Origin: Eledone cirrhosa
Lineage: Eukaryota
Assembly: GCA_964016885.1 (NCBI GenBank)
Contig: OZ024760.1
Coordinates: 30,504,001 to 30,568,000 of the forward strand
DNA: 64,000 bases
Reading direction: 5' to 3'
Part shown: positions 56,644-64,000 of the stretch, piece after piece
How positions within the stretch are numbered: position 1 is the first letter of the stretch
Layout: each line of letters starts with the position of its first letter
The notes under the pieces: model-generated
The model's input: only the letters and a program-made list of their open reading frames with translations
Told to the model about the DNA's origin: nothing
The model's database searches: none
Program-made: the position numbers and the translations under genes

Positions 56644-59600
56644 GTAATGTAATGTAATGTAATGTAATGTAATGTAATGTAATGTGTAATGTAATGTAAT
56701 GTAATGTAATGTAATGTAATGTAATGTAATGTGTAATGTAATGTAATGTAACATAATGTAATGTAATGTAATGTGTAATGTAATGTAATGTAATGTAATG
56801 TAATGTAATGTCTAATGTAATGTATGTAATGTAATGTAATGTAATGTGTAATGTAATGTAATGTAATGTAATGTAATGTGTAATGTAATGTGTAATATAA
56901 TTTAATGTAATGTAATGTAATGTAATGTAATGTAATGTAATGTGTAATGTAATGTGTAACGTAATGTAATGTAACGTAATGTAATGTACTGTGTAATGTA
57001 ATGTAATGTAATGTAATGTAATGTACAGTAATGTAATGTGTAATGTAATGTAATGTGTAATGTAATGTAATGTATAATGTAATGTAATGTAATGTAATGT
57101 AATGTGTAACGTAATGTGTAACGTAATGTAATGTAATGTAATGTAATGTAATGTAATGTAATGTAAAGTGTAATGTGTAACGTGTAATGTAATGTAATGT
57201 AATGTAATGTAATGTAATGTAATGTAATGTGTAATGTAATGTAATGTAATGTAATGTAATGTAATGTGTAATGTGTAACGTGTAATGTAATGTAATGTAA
57301 TGTAATGTAATGTAATGTAATATAATGTAATGTAATGTGTAATGTAATGTAATGTAATGTAATGTGAAATGTAATGTAATGTAATGTAATGTAATGTAAT
57401 GTGTAATGTAATGTAATGTAATGTGTAATGTAATGTAATGTAATGTAATGTAATGTAATGTAATGTAATGTAATGTGTAATGTAATGTAATGTAATATAA
57501 TGTGTAATGTAATGTAATGTAATGTAATGTAATATAATGTAATGTAATGTGTAATGTAATGTAATGTAATGTAATGTGAAATGTAATGTAATGTAATGTA
57601 ATGTAATGTGTAATGTAATGTAATGTAATGTAATGTGTAATGTCATGTCATGTAATGTAATGTAATGTGTAATGTAATGTAATGTAATGTAATATGTAAT
57701 GTAAGGTAACGTAATGTAATGTAATGTAATGTAATGTAATGTGTAATGTAATGTAATGTAATGTAATGTGTAACTTAATGTAATGTAATGAAATGTAATG
57801 TAACGTAATGTTTAATGTAATGTAATGTAATGTGTAATGTGTAATGTAATGTAATGTAATGTAATGTGTAATGTAATGTAATGTAATGTAATGTAATGTG
57901 TAATGTCATGTCATGTAATGTAATGTAATGTGTAATGTAATGTAATGTAATGTAATGTGTAATGTAATGTAATGTAATGTAATGTAATGTGTAATGTCAT
58001 GTCATGTAATGTAATGTAATGTGTAATGTAATGTAATGTAATGTAATATGTAATGTAAGGTAACGTAATGTAATGTAATGTAATGTAATGTAATGTAATG
58101 TAATGTGTAATGTAATGTAATGTAATGTAATGTGTAATTTAATGTAATGTAATGAAATGTAATGTAACGTAATGTTTAATGTAATGTAATGTAATGTAAT
58201 GTGTAATGTGTAATGTAATGTAATGTAATGTAATGTGTAATGTAATGTAATATAATGTAATGTAATGTAATGTAATGTAATGTATGGTAATGTAATGTAA
58301 TGTGTAATGTAATGTAATGTAATGTAATGTAATGTAATGTAATGTAATGTAATGTAATGTAAGTAATGTACTGTGTAATGTCATGTAATGTAATATGAAG
58401 TGTAATGTAATGTAATGTAATGTAAAGTAATGTAACGTGTAATGTAACGTAATGTAATGTAATCTAACGTGTAATGTAATGTAACGTAATGTAATGTAAT
58501 GTAATGCAATGTAATGTAATGTGTAAAGTAATGTAATGTAATATAATGTAACGTGTAATGTAATGTAATGTAATGTAATGTAATGTAATGTGTAATGTAA
58601 TGTAATGTGTAATGTAATGTAATGTACTGTGTAATGTCATGTAATGTAATATGAAGTGTAATGTAACGTAATGTAATGTAATCTAACGTGTAATGTAATG
58701 TAATGTAATGTAATGTAATGTAATGTAATGTAATGTAATGTAATGTAATGTCTAGTGTAATGTAACGTAATGTAATTTAATGTGTAATGTAATGTAATGT
58801 AATGTAATGTGTAATGTAATGTGTAATGTAATGTAATGTAATGTAATGTAATGTAATGTAATGTAATATAATGTAATGTGTAATGTAATGTGTAATGTAA
58901 TGTAATGTAACGTAATGTAATGTAATGTAACGTAATGTAATGTAATGTGTAATATAATGTAATGTAATGTAATGTAATGTAATGTAATGTGTAATGTAAT
59001 GTAATGTGTATGTAATGTAATGCATAATGTAATGTAATGTAATGTAATGTAACGTAATGTAATGTAATGTAATGTAATGTAATGTAATGTAATGTGTAAT
59101 GTAATGTAATGTGATGTAATGTGTAATGTAATGTAATGTAATTTAATGTAATGTAATATAATGTAATGTAATATAATGTAATGTAATGTGTAATGTAATG
59201 TAATGTAATGTAATGTAATGTAATGTGATGTAATATAATGTGTAATGTAATGTAATGTAATGTAATGTGTCATGTAATGTAATGTAATGTGTAATGTAAT
59301 GTAATGTAATGTAATGTGTAATGTAAGGTAACGTAATGTAATGTAATGTAATGTGTAATGTAATGTAATGTAAAGTAATGTGTAATGTAATGTAATGTAA
59401 TGTAATGTAATGTAATGTGTAATGTAATGTAATGTAACGTAATGTAATGTAATGTAATGTGTAATGTAATGTAATGTAATGTAATGTAATGTAATGTAAT
59501 GTAATGTGTAATGCAATGTAATGTAATGTAATGTAACGTAATGTAATGTAATGTAATGTAATGTAATGTAACGTGTAATGTAATGTAATGTAATGTAATG

Positions 59601-60297
59601 TGTAATGTAATGTGTAATGTAATGTAATGTAATGTAATGTGTAATGTAATGTAATGTAATGTAATGTAATGTAATGTGTAATGTAATGTAATGTAATGTA
59701 ATGTAATGTAATGTGTAATGTAATGTAATGTAATGTAATGTAATGTAATGTGTAATGTAATGTAATGTAATGTAATGTGTAATGTAATGTAATGTAATGT
59801 AATGTAATATAATGTAATGTAATGTAATGTAATGTAATGTAATGTAGTGTAATATAATGTAATATAATGTAATGTGTAATGTAATGTAATGTAATGTGTA
59901 ATGTAATGTAATGTAATGTAATGTAATGTGTAATGTCATGTAATGTAATGTAATTGAATGTAATGTAATGTGTAATGTAAGGTAACGTAGTGTAATGTAA
60001 TGTAATGTAATGTGTAATGTAATGTAATGTAATGTAATGTGTAATTTAATGTAATGTAATGTAATGTAATGTAATGTAATGTGTAATGTAATGTAATGTA
60101 ATGTAATGTAATGTAATGTGTAATGTAATGTAATGTAATGTAATGTAATGTAATGTAATGTATGGTAATGTAATGTAATGTAATGTAATGTGTAATGGAA
60201 TGTAATGTAATGTAATGTAATGTAATATAATGTGTAATGTAATGTAATGTAATGTAATGTAATGTAATGTAATGTGTAATGTAATGTAATGTAATGT

Positions 60298-60397
60298 AAT
60301 ATAATATAATATAATATAATATAATATAATATAATATAATATAATATAATATAATATAATATAATATAATATAATATAATATAATATAACATAATAT
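60298..60397 (+). repeat. (AATAT)n island, 100 bp, AACAT in the penultimate position
   Basis: Read directly. Confidence 0.95.
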
Positions 60398-63300
60398 GTA
60401 ATGTAATGTAATGTAATGTAATGTAATGTAATGTAATGTGTAATGTAATGTAATGTAATGTAATGTAATGTAATGTAATGTAATGTGTAATGTAATGTAA
60501 TGTAACATAATGTAATGTAATGTAATGTGTAATGTAATGTAATGTAATGTAATGTAATGTAATGTCTAATGTAATGTATGTAATGTAATGTAATGTAATG
60601 TGTAATGTAATGTAATGTAATGTAATGTAATGTGTAATGTAATGTGTAATATAATTTAATGTAATGTAATGTAATGTAATGTAATGTAATGTAATGTGTA
60701 ATGTAATGTGTAACGTAATGTAATGTAACGTAATGTAATGTACTGTGTAATGTAATGTAATGTAATGTAATGTAATGTACAGTAATGTAATGTGTAATGT
60801 AATGTAATGTGTAATGTAATGTAATGTATAATGTAATGTAATGTAATGTAATGTAATGTGTAACGTAATGTGTAACGTAATGTAATGTAATGTAATGTAA
60901 TGTAATGTAATGTAATGTAAAGTGTAATGTGTAACGTGTAATGTAATGTAATGTAATGTAATGTAATGTAATGTAATGTAATGTGTAATGTAATGTAATG
61001 TAATGTAATGTAATGTAATGTGTAATGTGTAACGTGTAATGTAATGTAATGTAATGTAATGTAATGTAATGTAATATAATGTAATGTAATGTGTAATGTA
61101 ATGTAATGTAATGTAATGTGAAATGTAATGTAATGTAATGTAATGTAATGTAATGTGTAATGTAATGTAATGTAATGTGTAATGTAATGTAATGTAATGT
61201 AATGTAATGTAATGTAATGTAATGTAATGTGTAATGTAATGTAATGTAATATAATGTGTAATGTAACGTAATGTAATGTAATGTAATATAATGTAATGTA
61301 ATGTGTAATGTAATGTAATGTAATGTAATGTGAAATGTAATGTAATGTAATGTAATGTAATGTGTAATGTAATGTAATGTAATGTAATGTGTAATGTCAT
61401 GTCATGTAATGTAATGTAATGTGTAATGTAATGTAATGTAATGTAATATGTAATGTAAGGTAACGTAATGTAATGTAATGTAATGTAATGTAATGTGTAA
61501 TGTAATGTAATGTAATGTAATGTGTAACTTAATGTAATGTAATGAAATGTAATGTAACGTAATGTTTAATGTAATGTAATGTAATGTAATGTGTAATGTG
61601 TAATGTAATGTAATGTAATGTAATGTGTAATGTAATGTGTAATGTAATGTAATATAATGTAATGTAATGTAATGTAATGTAATGTAATGTATGGTAATGT
61701 AATGTAATGTGTAATGTAATGTAATGTAATGTAATGTAATGTAATGTAATGTAATGTAATGTAATGTAAGTAATGTACTGTGTAATGTCATGTAATGTAA
61801 TATGAAGTGTAATGTAATGTAATGTAATGTAAAGTAATGTAACGTGTAATGTAACGTAATGTAATGTAATCTAACGTGTAATGTAATGTAACGTAATGTA
61901 ATGTAATGTAATGCAACGTAATGTAATGTGTAAAGTAATGTAATGTAATATAATGTAACGTGTAATGTAATGTAATGTAATGTAATGTAATGTAATGTGT
62001 AATGTAATGTAATGTGTAATGTAATGTAATGTACTGTGTAATGTCATGTAATGTAATATGAAGTGTAATGTAACGTAATGTAATGTAATCTAACGTGTAA
62101 TGTAATGTAATGTAATGTAATGTAATGTAATGTAATGTAATGTAATGTAATGTAATGTAATGTCTAGTGTAATGTAACGTAATGTAATTTAATGTGTAAT
62201 GTAATGTAATGTGTAATGTAATGTGTAATGTAATGTAATGTAATGTAATGTAATGTAATGTAATATAATGTAATGTGTAATGTAATGTGTAATGTAATGT
62301 AATGTAACGTAATGTAATGTAATGTAACGTAATGTAATGTAATGTGTAATATAATGTAATGTAATGTAATGTAATGTAATGTAATGTGTAATGTAATGTA
62401 ATGTGTATGTAATGTAATGTATAATGTAATGTAATGTAATGTAATGTAACGTAATGTAATGTAATGTAATGTAATGTAATGTAATGTAATGTGTAATGTA
62501 ATGTAATGTGATGTAATGTGTAATGTAATGTAATGTAATGTAATGTAATGTAATATAATGTAATGTAATATAATGTAATGTAATGTGTAATGTAATGTAA
62601 TGTAATGTAATGTGATGTAATATAATGTGTAATGTAATGTAATGTAATGTAATGTGTCATGTAATGTAATGTAATGTGTAATGTAATGTAATGTAATGTA
62701 ATGTGTAATGTAAGGTAACGTAATGTAATGTAATGTGTAATGTAATGTAATGTAAAGTAATGTGTAATGTAATGTAATGTAATGTAATGTAATGTAATGT
62801 GTAATGTAATGTAATGTAACGTAATGTAATGTAATGTAATGTGTAATGTAATGTAATGTAATGTAATGTAATGTAATGTAATGTGTAATGCAATGTAATG
62901 TAATGTAATGTAACGTAATGTAATGTAATGTAATGTAATGTAATGTAATGTAACGTAATGTAATGTAATGTAATGTAATGTAATGTAACGTGTAATGTAA
63001 TGTAATGTAATGTAATGTAATGTGTAATGTAATGTGTAATGTAATGTAATGTAATGTAATGTGTAATGTAATGTAATGTAATGTAATGTAATGTAATGTA
63101 ATGTGTAATGTAATGTAATGTAATGTAATGTAATGTGTAATGTAATGTAATGTAATGTAATGTAATGTAATGTGTAATGTAATGTAATGTAATGTAATGT
63201 GTAATGTAATGTAATGTAATGTAATGTGTAATGTCATGTAATGTAATGTAATGTGTAATGAAATGTAATGTAATGTCATGTAATGTAATGTGTAATGTAA

Positions 63301-64000
63301 GGTAATGTAATGTAATGCAATGTAATGTAATGTGTAATGTAATGTAATGTAATGTAATGTAATCTAATGTAATGTAATGTATTGTAATGTAATGTGTAAT
63401 GTAATGTAATGTAATGTAATGTAATGTAATGTAATGTAATGTAATGTAATGTGTAATGTAATGTAATGTAATGTAATGTGTAATTTCATTTAATGTAATG
63501 TAATGTAATGTAATGTAATGTAATGTAGTGTAATGTAATGTGTAATGTAATGTGTAATGTAATGTAATGTAATGTAATATAATCTAATGTAATGTAATCT
63601 AATGTGTAAAGTAATGTAATGTAATATAATGTAATGAGTAATGTAATGTAATGTAATGTAATGTAATGTAATGTAATGTAATGTGTAACATAACGTAATG
63701 TAATGTAATGTAATGTAATGTAATGTGTAATGTGTAATGTGTAATGTAATGTAATGTAATGTAATGTAATGTGTAATGTAATGTAATGTAACGTAATGTA
63801 ATGTAATGTAATGTAATGTGTAATGTAATGTAATGTAATGTAATATAATGTAAAGTGTAATGTATTGTAATGTAATGTAATGTGTAATGTAATGTAATGT
63901 AATGTAATGTAATATAATGTAATGTAATGTAATGTAATGTAATGTAATGTAGTGTAATATAATGTAATATAATGTAATGTGTAATGTAATGTAATGTAAT

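Larger units (their letters stand above)
54200..61630 (+). repeat. Tandem duplication, period about 3.75 kb (B-type HOR)
   Basis: Private GCATAAT 55275/59022, AACGTAGTG about 56235/59984 and TAACTT 57771/61525; CTAG 55000/58752; islands 56549/60298; GTACAG 57023/60777. Confidence 0.9.
1..64000 (+). repeat. (AATGT)n / (ACATT)n pentameric satellite array filling the whole window, with frequent 7-bp AATGTGT monomers and scattered point-variant monomers
   Basis: Seen directly: every line is AATGT tandem repeat. The commonest deviation is an extra GT (AATGTGT); other variants are AACGT, AATAT, AATCT, AAGGT, AATTT, CATGT, AATGC, AAAGT and AGTGT. No unique sequence or inversion. The consensus is 40% A, 40% T, 20% G, and the + strand is almost C-free. 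Confidence 0.99.

Noticed and set aside
2066-60200. Human satellite 2/3 identity (AATGG monomers about once per HOR, doubled at about 53372)
   Set aside because: AATGG is a rare single-substitution variant here and the consensus is AATGT, so the resemblance is architectural only.
2164-60397. Fungal RIP (TpG to TpA) as the source of AATAT monomers
   Set aside because: TpG remains in the great majority of monomers, and AATAT is clustered in inherited islands, which fits local expansion rather than RIP.
92-63279. Dozens of minus-strand ORFs up to 1171 aa encoding (HYITL)n
   Set aside because: They follow automatically from (ACATT)n, which has no stop in any frame. The ORFs overlap in all three frames, GT indels shift frame constantly, and starts and stops are just variant monomers. 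There is no sign of coding constraint.
1-64000. ATG-TAA start-stop minigenes in almost every pair of monomers on the + strand
   Set aside because: A trivial property of the pentamer; no promoter or leader context supports translation.
1-64000. Telomeric repeat (G-containing, strand-asymmetric 5-mer; TCAGG at 8574 and 11840, TAAGG variants)
   Set aside because: The consensus lacks the GG runs of TTAGG/TTAGGG-type telomeres, and inherited kb-scale HORs indicate recombinational amplification rather than telomerase synthesis. TCAGG and TAAGG are isolated point variants.
1-64000. CRISPR array or other prokaryotic repeat-spacer system
   Set aside because: No unique spacers, no cas or other genes; the variants are copied in blocks rather than acquired.
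1-64000. Pure sequencing or polymerase-slippage artefact
   Set aside because: Rare variants recur in conserved order with hierarchical sharing, which random error would not produce. Exact pentamer counts and the youngest duplications could still be consensus or assembly errors.
1-64000. Inversions, hairpins, G-quadruplexes or transposon insertions
   Set aside because: No ACATT-oriented tract on the + strand, no G-runs beyond three isolated GGG, only 4-6 bp palindromes, and no non-satellite sequence seen.

Overview
The whole 64 kb window is one uninterrupted simple-sequence satellite array built on the pentamer AATGT (+ strand; ACATT on the - strand). It runs off both ends of the window, never changes orientation, and has no unique sequence, gene, RNA gene or transposon that I can see. 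All ORFs in the track are artefacts: (ACATT)n has no stop codon in any frame (CAT TAC ATT ACA TTA = HYITL), while (AATGT)n has TAA in every frame. The array is far from random. Rare variant monomers (GTCATGTCATG, GTCTAG, GTACAG, ATGAGT, AATATGAAG, AATTGAATG, (AATAT)n islands) recur in a fixed order and define a cryptic higher-order repeat (HOR) of about 3.3-4.5 kb, canonically about 3.8 kb. The HOR has two distinguishable subfamilies, nested tandem duplications from about 0.1 to 6.9 kb, 18 embedded AATAT islands and a CpG-decay signature. This looks like eukaryotic (peri)centromeric or other heterochromatic satellite; the organism cannot be identified from the sequence. I found no protein-coding system. 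Coordinates were read by eye and may be off by a few bases.
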